Shown: positions 38,585-49,259 of the stretch, one piece after another
Numbering within the stretch: position 1 is the stretch's first letter
Layout of the letters: every line of letters starts with the position of its first letter
NCBI GenBank assembly: GCA_963778105.1
Contig: CAVZSZ010000004.1
Coordinates: forward strand, 18,893 to 82,892
Source: an uncultured Pseudomonadota bacterium
GTDB lineage: Bacteria > Pseudomonadota > Alphaproteobacteria > Acetobacterales > Acetobacteraceae
Direction: 5' to 3'
DNA length: 64,000 bases
Notes under the pieces: generated by a model
What the model saw: the letters and a program-made list of their open reading frames with translations, nothing else
What the model was told of the DNA's origin: nothing
The model's database searches: none
Position numbers and translations under genes: made by a program

Positions 38585-38975
38585 GTCCGTGCCGCAGCGG
38601 CCCGGCTCAGCGGGTTGTCGGTCTGGTCGGCCCAACGACGACGCGTCGCCCATTCGCTCACGATGCGCAGGCAACCCCGGAAACCTTATTTCTGGAGATG
38701 GCGCCAAAGCGCGCTTGCATTGCGCTCGCCAGCGGCCCATCGCGAGTTGAGCCAGGGCAAATAAAGCTCGAGCGAGCTTTCCCGTGCGCGGAAAACGTCG
38801 GACCGCTGGCCACGCAAGATCCGCCGGACGAGGCCTCGGCTGTGCCCCGTCCGGCGCACGCCCTCCTTGATCGCAGCCCCCTCTTTGGGCAGGCCGAGAA
38901 TGGCAGCGTTATCCTCCTCGCGGCGCAAATACCCCTCATACTGGATCCGTTCGGCAGCTGTGAGCAGACTGGGGT
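38585..38975 (-). mobile_element. ISL3-family IS remnant (internal transposase part)
   Basis: RGQRSDVFRARESSLELYLPWLNSRWAAGERNASALWRHLQK, then in another frame GFRGCLRIVSEWATRRR, resembles the ISL3 transposase mid-region. Abuts the IS66 terminus at 38584. Coordinates are approximate. Confidence 0.55.
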
Positions 38976-39928
38976 TGTGCGCCCAACAGAATGCCAGACG
39001 CACATTGCCATCCATCCGCCCCTCGGCCAGTCGCTTGAATCCATCAAAGCCGTCGACCTGCAACACGCCATGGAATCCTGACAGATGCCCGGCCGGGCGT
39101 TCGTTCTTGCGGTCTGCCGTGTAGACGTAAGCTGCCGCCGGAGGGTTCGGGCCACACCACGGCCGGTCATCCACGGCATTAGGCGCCCATCTTCGTGCGT
39201 CTACGGCCTGGATCAAGCACCGGCAGCGTCGTGTCATTGGCAAAGGCCTTGGTGGAACTGAGCACCGTGGTGACCACCAGATCGTAGAGCGGCGTCAGCC
39301 ACCAGCAGGCGCGACCGACCCAATTGCCAAGGGTTGAACGATCCAGGGTAATACCCTGGTGCGCCAGCATCTGCGACCGTCGATACAGCGGCAGGGAGTC
39401 GCAGAACTTGCTCACCACCACATGGATGATCAGCGCCTCGGTCGCCATGCCGCCATCAATCGGCCGCTCCGGGGCCGGTGCTACGACAACGGCGCCCTCA
39501 CAGGCGCGGCAGGCATAACGAGGGCGGCGCATCACCCGAACCCGCAATTGCGGCGGGATGATATCGAGTTGCTCAGTTCGCAACTCGCCGATGGCGTGCA
39601 ACACGCCACCGCAGCATGGGCAGGCATCGTGAGCGATGTCGATGACAACTTCATCACGCGGCAGATGCGCTGGCAGGGCGCCGTGATTACGCTGCGGCCG
39701 AGCCGCACGACGCTTCTGCCGCTGCTGGTTTGATTGTGCCGCAGCGTCCTGCGCCGCTTTCCCCTCCGCGATTGTCTGCTCGAGGTCCTCCAGCCCAAAT
39801 TGAAGCTGATCAGGAGTCAATTGTTCGGACCGGCGGCCAAAACGATTGCGCAAAAGCCGCTGGATCAGCAGCCGCAACTCCCTTCGCGTCGAATCCAGTG
39901 TTTTTGGCCGTTTTACGCCGTTTTTAAC
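38976..39928 (-). pseudogene. IS66-family TnpC, frameshifted (about 39190-39240) and 3'-truncated
   Basis: LLIQRLLRNRFGRRSEQL, zinc-finger CPCCGG...YACRAC, and DTTLPVLDPG. The frame then changes to AVDDRPW...HLSGFHGVLQVDGFDGF...AFCWAH. Confidence 0.75.
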
Positions 39929-40277
39929 CCGCCAGCTCCGGTCTGCTGCGTGGCTGCGGAGCACGCCATTCACAGCCGTCCAACAGTGCCACCAACTGCG
40001 AGGGTGACAGAGAAATACGCCCCGTCGTCGTCGTCGCTGACGGCCAGGCAAACTGGCCCTGTTCAAGCCGTTTCGTCAGCATGCAAAGCCCAACACCGTC
40101 GTGCCAAATCAATTTGATCAGTCCAGCCCGGCGACCACGAAACGCAAAGATCGATCCCCCGGACGGATCCTCCGCCAGACCCTGTTGCACCATCATGGCA
40201 AGCCCTACCATGCCTTTGCGCATGTCGGTCACACCACAGGCCAGATAGACACGGGCAGCGGGCGAAAGCGCGATCAT
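39924..40277 (-). CDS. tnpB: IS66 Orf2 (TnpB)
   Basis: MIALSPAARVYLACGVTDMRKGMVGLAMMV...IFAFRGRRAGLIKLIWHDGVGLCMLTKRLE is the canonical IS66 TnpB. 117 aa. Confidence 0.85.
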   Translation of the reverse strand: MIALSPAARVYLACGVTDMRKGMVGLAMMVQQGLAEDPSGGSIFAFRGRRAGLIKLIWHDGVGLCMLTKRLEQGQFAWPSATTTTGRISLSPSQLVALLDGCEWRAPQPRSRPELAG

Positions 40278-40650
40278 TGGCCCCGCAGCGCGTCCAGCAC
40301 GCGACGCAATGCCTTGACGTTCACCTGGGCATCGACCCGCAATGAAACCCCGTCGGGCAAAATGATCTCGATCAGCCCCTCCGACCGCGTCTGCAGCGTG
40401 CAATGCGGAGGCGGTGTCGGCGCCTGTGGCTGGGGCAGATCCGTCGCTATCTCCACCTGCGCAAAGCTGGGTGCCGATCGTATCAACGAATCTCCCGGCC
40501 GGCCCATGATCTGCTGACGCCATGTGTAGAGTAGCCCGCTGCTGATCCTATACTTCCGCGCCACCTCGCTCGGCGTAAGGTCAGGCCCTAAACTCTCGCC
40601 CACGATGTTGCGCTTCTGCTCCCGTGTCCAAGCCCGGCGCGGCTCGCCGC
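40274..40650 (-). CDS. tnpA: IS66 Orf1 (TnpA), start uncertain or truncated
   Basis: RRAWTREQKRNIVGESLGPDLTPSEVARKYRISSGLLYTWRQQ HTH region. 4-nt overlap with tnpB. No clear start codon inside the IS. Confidence 0.65.
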
Positions 40651-40655
40651 GAACA

Positions 40656-40945
40656 AGGACCTCATGCGGTTCGTATCGCTGAAAAGCGAAGCGCAACTCG
40701 ACCTGCAGGTTCTGCATCGCGTGCGCCAGCGGCTGGTGGCCGCCCGTACCGCTCTGATCAACCAGCTGCGCGCAGTGTTTCTGGAAAGGGGGGGTGGCCT
40801 TGCCGAAGGGCCGGATCATCCTGATGAAGCGCTTTCAGGAGATTATGGACGTGCTGTCGGCGAGCCAACGTGCCAAGCGCCTACTGGCGGACCTTCGCGA
40901 GGAGTGGGCCGAGCTGGACCAGCGGGTAAAGGCATATGACGACGA
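40656..40945 (+). pseudogene. IS110-family transposase internal fragment (frameshifted)
   Basis: VSLKSEAQLDLQVLHRVRQRLVAARTALINQLRAVFLERG, then LPKGRIILMKRFQEIMDVLS...RVKAYDDELV in the next frame. Coordinates are approximate. Confidence 0.55.
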
Positions 40946-40995
40946 GCTCGTGACTGGCCTGTCGAGGGCATCCATGGGCGTTCCAATGCCATCTG

Positions 40996-43900
40996 TCATC
41001 GGAAATCTCTTGTCCGTATTCTAATCTCTTTTGGATTTTCCATCGCCGTGCTTGTCCTTCCTTGCGTGCCTATCACATGGGGGCCGACCTCTCGCGGATC
41101 GGGACCGTTCGGATGGGTAGCCTCGTCGCCCCGGCCGTGGCGAAGCAGGAAAGGAGTGCCTCGCCCACCGACGCTTTTGAGCAACCTGGACAGATCATCG
41201 AGCCGCTCTGTCACGACATGGATGACATCGCCCTCGCGCTGCACGCGGCCATGGCAGGCGAGCATGCTTGCGGAGAGAACGACGCGTCGCTGCTGTTCGA
41301 ACAGGCTGGACCAGACGACGAGGTTGGCGATGCCGGTTTCGTCCTCGATGGTGATGAAGACGACCCCTGTCGCCGTTCCTGGCCGCTGCCGGACGAGAAC
41401 CAAGCCGGCCACGGTGAGACGCTGACCGTCCCGTGCCGCCAACAGATCGCGGCAAGGAACGATCCGCCGCCGTGCTAGATCGTCACGCAGGAAAGCCACC
41501 GGATGCTGGCGCAGCGTCAGGCCGACCGTCGCGTAGTCCTCCACCACATTGCGCCCGGCTATCATCGGGACGATTGAAACCGGCGGTTCGACAATTTCGG
41601 GCCGCGGCGCCCGTCCGGTGTCGGCCGCGGCGAACAGCGGCAGCACCTCCTCGCGCAGACCCCGGATGGCCCACAACGCCGACCGCCGGTCCAGCCCCAT
41701 GCCCAGAAACCCATCCGCCTCGGCCACAAGCTGCAGGGCTGCCGGCGGGACGCTGGTCCGACGCCAGACTTCGTCGATTGAGCCGAATGGCCGGTCGCCG
41801 CGCCCTGCAACGATGTTGGCGGCCTGGGCGTTCGACAGCCCCTTGACCATGCGCAGGCCAAGCCGCACGGCGAGGAACCGGCCGGTCGCCGGCTCCAGGG
41901 TGGAATCCCAGCGGCTGGCATTGACGCAGACCGGCCGGACCTCGACGCCATGCTCGCGCGCGTCCCGCACGATCTGCGCCGGCGCGTAGAACCCCATCGG
42001 CTGCGCGTTCAGCAGGGCGGCGCAGAACACATCGGGATGATGGCATTTCATCCAGCTCGAGGCGTAGGCGATCAGCGCGAACGACGCCGCATGGCTCTCG
42101 GGAAAGCCGTAGCTCCCGAAACCCTCGATCTGCGAAACCGTGTGCTCGGCGTAGTCGCGGCTGTAGTGGCGTTCGACCATGCCGCTGATCAGCCGGTCCT
42201 TGAAATGCGCGATGCCGCCGGTGACCTTGAAGGTCGCCATCGACCGGCGCAGCTGATCGGCCTCGCCCGGCGAGAAGCCGGCGCAGACGATCGCCACCTG
42301 CATCGCCTGCTCCTGGAACAGCGGCACGCCCAGCGTCTTGCCCAGCACCCGCTCCAGTTCCGGCGTCGGGTAGTCCGCCTTCTCCTTGCCTTCCCGGCGG
42401 CGCAGATAGGGATGCACCATGTCGCCCTGGATCGGGCCGGGGCGGATGAGCGCCACTTCGATCACCAGGTCGTAGAAGGTGCGCGGCTTGAGCCGGGGCA
42501 GCATCGCCATCTGCGCCCGGCTCTCGATCTGGAACACGCCGATCGTGTCGGCTTTCTGGATCATCGCGTAAGTCGTTTGATCCTCAGTCGGAATGGTCGC
42601 CAGTTCCAGCCGCTCGCCGCGGTGCTCATCAAGCAGATCGAAGGCGCGTCGCATGCAGCCGAGCATCCCGAGGCCGAGAACGTCGACCTTCATCCAGCGC
42701 AGGATGTCGATGTCGTCCTTGTCCCACTCGATGACCTGCCGGTCCTTCATCGCGGCCGGCTCGATCGGTACGAGGTCGTCGAGCCGGTCGCGCGTCAGCA
42801 CGAAGCCGCCCGGATGCTGGCTGAGATGGCGAGGAAACCCGATCAGCTCCCGCGCAAGCTCCAGAGTGAGGCGTAGCCGACGGTCCTGCAGGTTGAGATT
42901 CAGCTCGGTCGCTCGATCGTCGGTGACGCCATCTTTCGACCATTCCCATAGCTGGGACGCCAGGGCGCTGGTCACGTCCTCGGTCAGGCCCATCGCCTTG
43001 CCGACCTCGCGCACCGCACCGCGGGCGCGATAGCGGGTCACCGTCGCGCACAGGGCGGCCCGGTCGCGGCCGTAACGTTCGTAGACCCACTGGATCACTT
43101 CCTCGCGGCGCTCATGCTCGAAGTCGACGTCGATGTCGGGCGGCTCGCGGCGCTCGGCTGAGACGAAGCGTTCGAACAGCAGGCCGGAGCGTACGGGATC
43201 GATGCTGGTGATGCCGAGTACGAAGCAGACCGCGCTGTTTGCGGCGCTGCCTCGGCCCTGGCAGAGAATGCCCTTCGACCGTGCGAAGCGAACGATGCTG
43301 TTCACCGTCAGGAAATACGGCGCGTAGTCGAGCTCTCCAATCAGCCGCAATTCGTGCCGCAACTGCCGCTCGACATCCGCCGGCAGCCCGCCGGAGTAGC
43401 GGCGCGGCACATCCTCCCAGACCAGCTTCTCTAATGTCTGTTGTGGGGTCAGAGCCGGGTCGGACACCTCGTTGGGATACTGGTAGCGCAGATCGGCGAG
43501 CGAGAATTGGCAGCGTGCGACGATCTCCAGCGTCCGCGCCACCGCCTCGGGATGGCGTGCGAACAGCCGGGCCATTTCAGCGGCGGATTTCAGGCTTCGG
43601 TCGATCGTGCGTTCGCGCCGAAAGCCGGCTTGATCGATCGTGCAGCCTTCGCGGATGCAGGTGACGACGTCCTGCAGAATGCGCCGCTCCGGTACATGGT
43701 AGAGCACGTCGCCGGTCGCGACGGTGGGCACGCACGCGGCCTGCGCCATGTCGGCCAGTTGGCGCAGGCGGACGGCATCGCCGGGCCGGCGGCGCAGTGT
43801 CAGCGCCAGATAGCAGCGATCCAAAAAGACGGTGCGGAGGCGCGCCAAGCTTTCGGCGAGTGCATCATCCGGGGCGTCCGGCAGGAGCACGGCGATCAGG

Positions 43901-44289
43901 CCCTCGCCATGCTGGACAAGGTCCTGCCAGTCGAGATGGCAGGCGCCTTTCCCCGCGCGTCCCTTGCCGAGCGTCAGCAGACGGCAGAGCCGTGCGTAGC
44001 CGTTCCGATCGATCGGATAGACCAGCATCGGCAGGCTGTCGCGCAGATCGAGCCGGCACCCGACGACGAGGCGGATGCCGGCTTCCTCGGCGCGGTGATG
44101 TGCGCGCACGAGACCCGCGAACGTGTTGCGGTCGGTGATCGCGACCGCCGGCAGGCCCAGCAGCTTCGCGGCCGCGAGCAGTTCCTCGACATGCGACGCG
44201 CCACGCAGGAACGAGTAGTTCGAGGTGATCTGCAGTTCGGCGTAACCGGTCACGGCATCTTTACGGCTTATCCGGGCCGCCATGTTCAC
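40996..44289 (-). CDS. dnaE2: error-prone DNA polymerase (DnaE2 / ImuC)
   Basis: 1097 aa. PHP domain [18 protein letters not shown], and Pol III alpha core motifs. Last gene of the imuA-imuB cassette. Confidence 0.95.
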   Translation of the reverse strand: MNMAARISRKDAVTGYAELQITSNYSFLRGASHVEELLAAAKLLGLPAVAITDRNTFAGLVRAHHRAEEAGIRLVVGCRLDLRDSLPMLVYPIDRNGYARLCRLLTLGKGRAGKGACHLDWQDLVQHGEGLIAVLLPDAPDDALAESLARLRTVFLDRCYLALTLRRRPGDAVRLRQLADMAQAACVPTVATGDVLYHVPERRILQDVVTCIREGCTIDQAGFRRERTIDRSLKSAAEMARLFARHPEAVARTLEIVARCQFSLADLRYQYPNEVSDPALTPQQTLEKLVWEDVPRRYSGGLPADVERQLRHELRLIGELDYAPYFLTVNSIVRFARSKGILCQGRGSAANSAVCFVLGITSIDPVRSGLLFERFVSAERREPPDIDVDFEHERREEVIQWVYERYGRDRAALCATVTRYRARGAVREVGKAMGLTEDVTSALASQLWEWSKDGVTDDRATELNLNLQDRRLRLTLELARELIGFPRHLSQHPGGFVLTRDRLDDLVPIEPAAMKDRQVIEWDKDDIDILRWMKVDVLGLGMLGCMRRAFDLLDEHRGERLELATIPTEDQTTYAMIQKADTIGVFQIESRAQMAMLPRLKPRTFYDLVIEVALIRPGPIQGDMVHPYLRRREGKEKADYPTPELERVLGKTLGVPLFQEQAMQVAIVCAGFSPGEADQLRRSMATFKVTGGIAHFKDRLISGMVERHYSRDYAEHTVSQIEGFGSYGFPESHAASFALIAYASSWMKCHHPDVFCAALLNAQPMGFYAPAQIVRDAREHGVEVRPVCVNASRWDSTLEPATGRFLAVRLGLRMVKGLSNAQAANIVAGRGDRPFGSIDEVWRRTSVPPAALQLVAEADGFLGMGLDRRSALWAIRGLREEVLPLFAAADTGRAPRPEIVEPPVSIVPMIAGRNVVEDYATVGLTLRQHPVAFLRDDLARRRIVPCRDLLAARDGQRLTVAGLVLVRQRPGTATGVVFITIEDETGIANLVVWSSLFEQQRRVVLSASMLACHGRVQREGDVIHVVTERLDDLSRLLKSVGGRGTPFLLRHGRGDEATHPNGPDPREVGPHVIGTQGRTSTAMENPKEIRIRTRDFR

Positions 44290-44494
44290 TGGCGTTTGGC
44301 GCGATGGCGTCCGGGATTTTCATGAGCTGAAAACCGCAGCGTTGCAGATGCCGGACGAGATGCACCGCAGTGATCTGCGCCATCAGACTGCTGGACTGCG
44401 GGAAGGGACGCTTGCCGTCGAAGCGCAAGGCGAAGGACAGGGCTTCGGCGATCTCCTCCGCCGTCGCGGGGCGGAACTTGGAATTGTTAGTCAT
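44261..44494 (-). CDS. hypothetical 77-aa protein between imuB and dnaE2
   Basis: ATG preceded by AGGTGA. Non-repetitive, balanced composition. Overlaps the dnaE2 start by 29 nt. Confidence 0.5.
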   Translation of the reverse strand: MTNNSKFRPATAEEIAEALSFALRFDGKRPFPQSSSLMAQITAVHLVRHLQRCGFQLMKIPDAIAPNASEHGGPDKP

Positions 44495-44513
44495 CGATCA
44501 CCTGGCATGGCGC

Positions 44514-46037
44514 TCAGAAAATCCCATGCAGGAACCAGCGCAGGTCGCCGGTCGCGGCGTCGACGGCATCGCCGTTGCGGTAGAGCCAGAACCGGCGTCC
44601 CTCATCGTCCTCGACCTGCCAATAGTCGCGCGTGGCGATCCGCTCACGATCGGATTTCCACCATTCGCCGCCAATCCGCTCCGGGCCGTCGGCGCGGTGG
44701 ACGCGGTGACGCTTGCGCCGCCAGGTGAACTGCGCCGGTGGGGCGTCGGGCAGCATCGACATCGACTCGATCGGTTGCGGCGGCTTCAGCAGCCGCGCCG
44801 GGCGGGGCAGGCTGCGCGGCCACGCCGATTTCGACACCGGCGCGAGCGGGCCGGTTTTCCGCACGCTCCGCTCCGGCACGTCGCTCTCCACCGGCATCGC
44901 GCGGTAGACCCGCCGGACGCCGAGCCGGTTCACCAGCCGGTCGACCAGCACCGAGACGTCCGCGTTGGCGGCGCTGCTGTCGATCACCCCGACCTTCGGT
45001 TGCGCGAAGGTCAACGGTTCCGCCAGCGGCACGGCGAGGCTCATGGCCTCTACGCCAAGGCCAGGATCGGCCCGTTCAAGCTGCTCGTCGAGCAGCCGCG
45101 CGAGATGGGCGGCGCGGCGGCTGGGTCGCGCCGTGCCGATGCAGACCGTCTGGCGCGTGCGATCGACGCGCTCGAAGGTCAGGTCGAGGCGGCGCGCACC
45201 CTGCCCCCGGCGTTCGAGTTCGGCGCAGACCCCATCGGCCAGCCGACCGATGACACTGGCCAAGGATTCCGGCGTCAGCAGCGGCTCGGGGAAGGCCAGG
45301 CGGCAAGTGAGGGTCTCGGGCGGCACCACCGGCTCAATCGGTTCGAAGACGAGTCCCAGGGCTTGGTCGAGACGGCGGTGGACGGTGCCGCCGAACCGCA
45401 AGGCGATCGGTGCGCGAGGCGCCGTCATCAGTTGCGCGACGCGGTCGAAACCCAGCTTGGAAAGACCGTCCACCGTGTCTGCCGGCAACCGCAAGGCCGC
45501 AATCGGCAGCGGCGCCAGCCACGCGCCGGCCTCGCCGGTCGGCACCACCGTGGCGGGCGCTTCTGCATGGCGCGCTGCCGCCCAGGCGGCACCGGGCGTG
45601 TCGGCGACGGCCGCACGCGCCGCAACGTCCCTGCACGCCAGACGGGCGACGACGTCGGTCAGCAGCGCGGTCTCGCCGCCGAACAGATGGGCCGCACCCG
45701 TGGCGTCAATCCAGAGGCCGTCCGGTGCGTCCGCCGACGTGAGTGGCGCATAGCGCAGGCCCCAGGCCGCCAGGGCGTCCAGCGCCCGGCTGTCGCCCGC
45801 CGGATCGGCCGGCACGACGGCAAGGCCCTGCACCATCGCCTGGGCCTGCGCGAGCGGCATGCCGGGACGCAGGCCCTTTGCTCCGGACGCCGCATCCACC
45901 GCCGCGACGCTTTGCCGCCGCCCGTCATAGATTGATGTGACCAGCGGCCTATCCGGCGGCGGCAAGATTGAGCCCGACTGGCGCCGCAACCGGTCGGTCG
46001 GCCAGGTCGGCAGGAAGATCGAGATGACCCGTCGCAT
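44514..46037 (-). CDS. imuB: ImuB (Y-family polymerase-like, catalytically dead)
   Basis: Canonical N-terminus MRRVISIFLPTWPTDRLRR and position between imuA and dnaE2. Confidence 0.9.
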   Translation of the reverse strand: MRRVISIFLPTWPTDRLRRQSGSILPPPDRPLVTSIYDGRRQSVAAVDAASGAKGLRPGMPLAQAQAMVQGLAVVPADPAGDSRALDALAAWGLRYAPLTSADAPDGLWIDATGAAHLFGGETALLTDVVARLACRDVAARAAVADTPGAAWAAARHAEAPATVVPTGEAGAWLAPLPIAALRLPADTVDGLSKLGFDRVAQLMTAPRAPIALRFGGTVHRRLDQALGLVFEPIEPVVPPETLTCRLAFPEPLLTPESLASVIGRLADGVCAELERRGQGARRLDLTFERVDRTRQTVCIGTARPSRRAAHLARLLDEQLERADPGLGVEAMSLAVPLAEPLTFAQPKVGVIDSSAANADVSVLVDRLVNRLGVRRVYRAMPVESDVPERSVRKTGPLAPVSKSAWPRSLPRPARLLKPPQPIESMSMLPDAPPAQFTWRRKRHRVHRADGPERIGGEWWKSDRERIATRDYWQVEDDEGRRFWLYRNGDAVDAATGDLRWFLHGIF

Positions 46038-46734
46038 CGCTTGCCTCCACGATCCAGGTTGCTGACTCACCGCCGCGGCAGCGCAGAAGTTCCAGTCGCC
46101 ACCGCACGCGGGCCAAGCCGGGCGTCTCGGGTGCGTGCGGCAGTGGTGGCGGTGAGGGCAGGGGTGAGACGCGCCAACGGGTCACGGCCGCGGTCGGCTC
46201 GGAAAGCACCGGATCACTGTAATTGCGGCTGCGCCGGAGCGCGAAGCAGATCACCCCCGATTGTTCCGCTGCCAGTTGCAGCCGGCGGGACGCGGTCAGC
46301 GTCAGCCGGCCGCTTAGTTCGCCCACTACACCTGCCAGCCCGGCATGCCGCAGACCCTCCTCCATCGCCATCAGCACGGTCCTGGCCTTGCTCGCCTCGG
46401 CGTAAATGACGCGGTCAGGAGACAACCCGACGGCATCAAGCGCCGGTGCGAACAGGTCCGCTCGCTCCACGACCCACAGCACCTGGCCGGGGTGCCGCGC
46501 GAGAATCCCGGCGGTCAGCAGCGCCGCAGAAGCCCCGTGCTCCAAGTCAGGGCCATCACCCGAGACCTCGTGCAGCGCCCCCAGGGCCAAACCGTCGGTC
46601 GGTAGGCATGCGTCGATCGCTGCGATCCCGAACGGGATCACCGCGCGGCCCGCACCTTTTGCCGGCTGACCCAGGCGGGAAATCCGAACCTTCAGGTCAT
46701 CGAGGAGGGCGATTGTCGCCTTGGCTTGCTCCAT
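45949..46734 (-). CDS. imuA: ImuA (RecA/SulA-like cell division inhibitor-type protein)
   Basis: FGIAAIDACLP.GGLALGALHEV and WRLELLRCRGG motifs. First gene after the LexA box. As called, the 3' end overlaps imuB by 89 nt. Confidence 0.85.
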   Translation of the reverse strand: MEQAKATIALLDDLKVRISRLGQPAKGAGRAVIPFGIAAIDACLPTDGLALGALHEVSGDGPDLEHGASAALLTAGILARHPGQVLWVVERADLFAPALDAVGLSPDRVIYAEASKARTVLMAMEEGLRHAGLAGVVGELSGRLTLTASRRLQLAAEQSGVICFALRRSRNYSDPVLSEPTAAVTRWRVSPLPSPPPLPHAPETPGLARVRWRLELLRCRGGESATWIVEASDATGHLDLPADLADRPVAAPVGLNLAAAG

Positions 46735-46766
46735 GCTCCCTACCGCATCGGCACTTCCGAAGGCGC

Positions 46767-46781
46767 GAACGTATAGTGAAC
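46767..46781. promoter_or_regulatory. alphaproteobacterial LexA (SOS) box GAAC-N7-GAAC
   Basis: GAACGTATAGTGAAC lies 33 nt upstream of the imuA start codon. It is the direct-repeat GTTC-N7-GTTC motif read on the other strand. Confidence 0.75.
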
Positions 46782-47019
46782 ATTTTCGGCGCACGGAAGC
46801 TGAATCTGGTCCTATCGGCGTCACGATGCGGAAAGGTCAGCCAACTCAAATGCTTGGAATGATTCCCGGAATTCAGGCCTCAACTGATCCTACCAAACTT
46901 CTCTGTTCCGCATGGTCCGGAGATTGGTGCCAATGTAAGTGCTCTGGTACCTCTATGACCCGGGCATCTCTGCTCAGCGGGTGAGAGCGTCCCAAGACAA
47001 AGGGAAAGGGGAGCGCCGA

Positions 47020-47229
47020 ATGACCGAGCCCACGCGCGAGATAACGCCCGACTTCCAGCGTGGGTGGGACGCTGCGCTCGCGGCGGCGCGCTCCTGGCAT
47101 GAGGCCCAAGCAAAACAGACGATGATCCAGGCGAGGCGCAGCCGGTTCCCCAAAAATCTGGAACGGGAAGCGGAGGTTCATCAGCGGTCGGCAGAACTGA
47201 TCGTCACCCTTAGCCCGGATGACGTCTGA
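47020..47229 (+). CDS. hypothetical 69-aa protein
   Basis: ATG preceded by AAGGGGAG. Helical, charged sequence MTEPTREITPDFQRGWDAALAAARSWHEAQ. Confidence 0.4.
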   Translation: MTEPTREITPDFQRGWDAALAAARSWHEAQAKQTMIQARRSRFPKNLEREAEVHQRSAELIVTLSPDDV

Positions 47230-47361
47230 TGATCATGCGCGGAGCGTCGGCCCTCCGTTGGTGACGGCGCAGCAGTTGCAGTCGCAACTTTACGTCAGCC
47301 AGCTCCGACCGCGTTTGCCGGATCGGTGGCACCGGTGTCGGGCCAAGCGGCGCGCCGATGC

Positions 47362-48561
47362 CTACACCGCGCCGGCGCGGCGCAAATCCGCGACCTCCGC
47401 CTCGGCGTAGCCAAGCTCGGCCAGGATGACGTCGGTGTGCTGGCCGAAGCCCGGCGGCGGCGCATCGACGCGGGCGCCGCCATGCGCCAGCTTGAACGCT
47501 GAGACCGGAACGGTGAAGCCGCCCTCCACGCCGGGCGCGCCGTCGTGGCGATGCAGCACGTTGCGGGACTGCAACTGCGCATCAGCGAGCGCCTCGCGCA
47601 TCTGGCGGACGCGGCCGGCGGGAACGTGGCGGGACTGCAGGTAGTCCTCCCACTCAGCCGCGGTCCTGGTCAGCATGATCTCGGCGATCAGCGCGAACTC
47701 GCGCGCCTCGTCGGCGTCGCGCTCGGCATTGGTGTTCTTCGCCATGTCCTCGCGCCCGACCGCCGCCCAGAAGCGCTTCTGCTGGCGCACGTTGCTGGCG
47801 CCCAGCATCACCATCCCGTCCCTGGTCTGATAGGCGCTGCTGGTGGCGTAATGCTGCTTGTTGCCGTGCGGCCTGGGATGCTTGCCGGTGCGCGTGAAAT
47901 CCGCGACATGCGAGCTCATCATGATGACCGCGACATCCAGCATCGCCATGTCCACGCGCTGACCCAAGCTGGTCTTCTCGCGCTGGAATAGCGCGGTGGC
48001 CAGCGCGAACGCGCCCATCGTTCCGGTTGCGTAGTCGATCACCGGAGAGCCGAACTTGACCGGATTGACCTCCTCGGTCCCGGTCATCGCCATGATGCCG
48101 GAGGTGGCCTGGATCACGTGGTCATAGGCCGTCATGCCGCCGCGCGGGCCGTGCTGGCCGAAGGCGGACATGGACGCGTAGATCAGCCGTGGATTGATCG
48201 CCGAAAGCACGTCGTAACCCATGCCGAGCGAGTCGAAGGCACCGGGGCGGTAGTTCTCCACCAGGATGTCGGCGGTCGTCACCAGCCGCTTCAGCACGGC
48301 CTTTCCCGGCTCGGTCTTCAGGTTCAGCGTCATCGACCGCTTGTTGGAGGCCTGGGTCAGGAAGCCGGTGCCCATCAGTTGGCGATTGAGGGCGTGGTCG
48401 CTGCCCGACTCGCGGCTCTGGTCCGGCTCCTGCGGATGCTCGATCTTGATGACGTCCGCGCCGTAGAGCGCCAGCTGGTAGGCCGCGAAAGGCCCGGCGA
48501 GCACATGCGTGATATCGAGGATGCGGACGCCTTCGAAGGGGCGCATTCCGGCTGTCGTCAT
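47362..48561 (-). CDS. family III CoA-transferase (CaiB/BaiF/Frc family)
   Basis: FEGVRILDITHVLAGPFAAYQLALYGADVIKIE and the remaining family III pattern. Start overlaps the upstream stop (ATGA). Confidence 0.9.
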   Translation of the reverse strand: MTTAGMRPFEGVRILDITHVLAGPFAAYQLALYGADVIKIEHPQEPDQSRESGSDHALNRQLMGTGFLTQASNKRSMTLNLKTEPGKAVLKRLVTTADILVENYRPGAFDSLGMGYDVLSAINPRLIYASMSAFGQHGPRGGMTAYDHVIQATSGIMAMTGTEEVNPVKFGSPVIDYATGTMGAFALATALFQREKTSLGQRVDMAMLDVAVIMMSSHVADFTRTGKHPRPHGNKQHYATSSAYQTRDGMVMLGASNVRQQKRFWAAVGREDMAKNTNAERDADEAREFALIAEIMLTRTAAEWEDYLQSRHVPAGRVRQMREALADAQLQSRNVLHRHDGAPGVEGGFTVPVSAFKLAHGGARVDAPPPGFGQHTDVILAELGYAEAEVADLRRAGAV

Positions 48562-48919
48562 GTCTGTCTCCTTGTCAGATCGAGCCGCACCGCGACGGCA
48601 GCGCTGGCAATCATCGCGATGTCGCCGGAGGTTTCGTCCGGCACGTCGAGGCCGCCCTTCACCACGCTGACGCTGACCTGCCCATGCGTCAGGCTAGCCC
48701 GCACCGCCGCCGCATCGACCTCGTCCGGCCGCTGCACACCGATGGTGACCTCTACCAGCATCTTGCGGGAACCGAGCCCCAGCGTGCGGATGATGCTGAG
48801 CGAGCTGTGATGGATCGCGTCCTGGACCGCGCCACCGCCGCCTTGGTGTAATCGCCGCCATGCAGGTCGTTGCCCGTGCCGAGTTCCAGGATGACCCGCT
48901 TGGGCTTCGCACCGCTCAT
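48558..48919 (-). pseudogene. Lin0512-family protein, copy 2, one frameshift as assembled
   Basis: MSGAKPKRVILELGTGNDLHGGDYTKAAV, then the frame is lost near 48830. The other frame continues (QDAIHHSSLSIIRTLGLGSRK)MLVEVTIGVQRPDEVD...VVKGGL. Confidence 0.6.
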
Positions 48920-49254
48920 GGCACGCCCAGCAGCACGACCGCCGCCGCGTTGGCGATCACCGTCGAACCCGTGCCGGCATCGGTCCATATCTCCAGCCCG
49001 CCTTGCACCACGCTGACCGTTCGGGTGGCATGCGCCAGTGTTGCCAGCACCGCGTTGCGGTCGACCTGGTCCGGCTGCGGCACGCCGATCGTCACGGCGA
49101 CCCGCATCGCATCGACGTCCTGGCCGAGCGCGTCGGCAACGGTCAGCGAAATGTGCCGCAGCGCGTCGCGCAGGGCGCACACCACCGCCTTGGTGTAGTC
49201 GGCGCCGCGGATGTCGGTGCCCATGCCGATCTGCAGCATCATGCGCTTCATCAT
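48916..49254 (-). CDS. Lin0512-family protein, copy 1
   Basis: MMKRMMLQIGMGTDIRGADYTKAVVCALRDAL...VAVTIGVPQPDQVD...VVQGGL. Family name is from memory of the conserved-hypothetical Lin0512 pattern. Confidence 0.6.
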   Translation of the reverse strand: MMKRMMLQIGMGTDIRGADYTKAVVCALRDALRHISLTVADALGQDVDAMRVAVTIGVPQPDQVDRNAVLATLAHATRTVSVVQGGLEIWTDAGTGSTVIANAAAVVLLGVP

Positions 49255-49259
49255 CCGCT

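Larger units (their letters stand above)
38976..40655 (-). mobile_element. second IS66-family element (tnpA-tnpB-tnpC), truncated at both ends
   Basis: Three-gene IS66 organisation. The tnpC differs in sequence from the plus-strand copy. tnpC is cut after AFCWAH. No GTAA terminus was found at the tnpA side. Confidence 0.7.
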
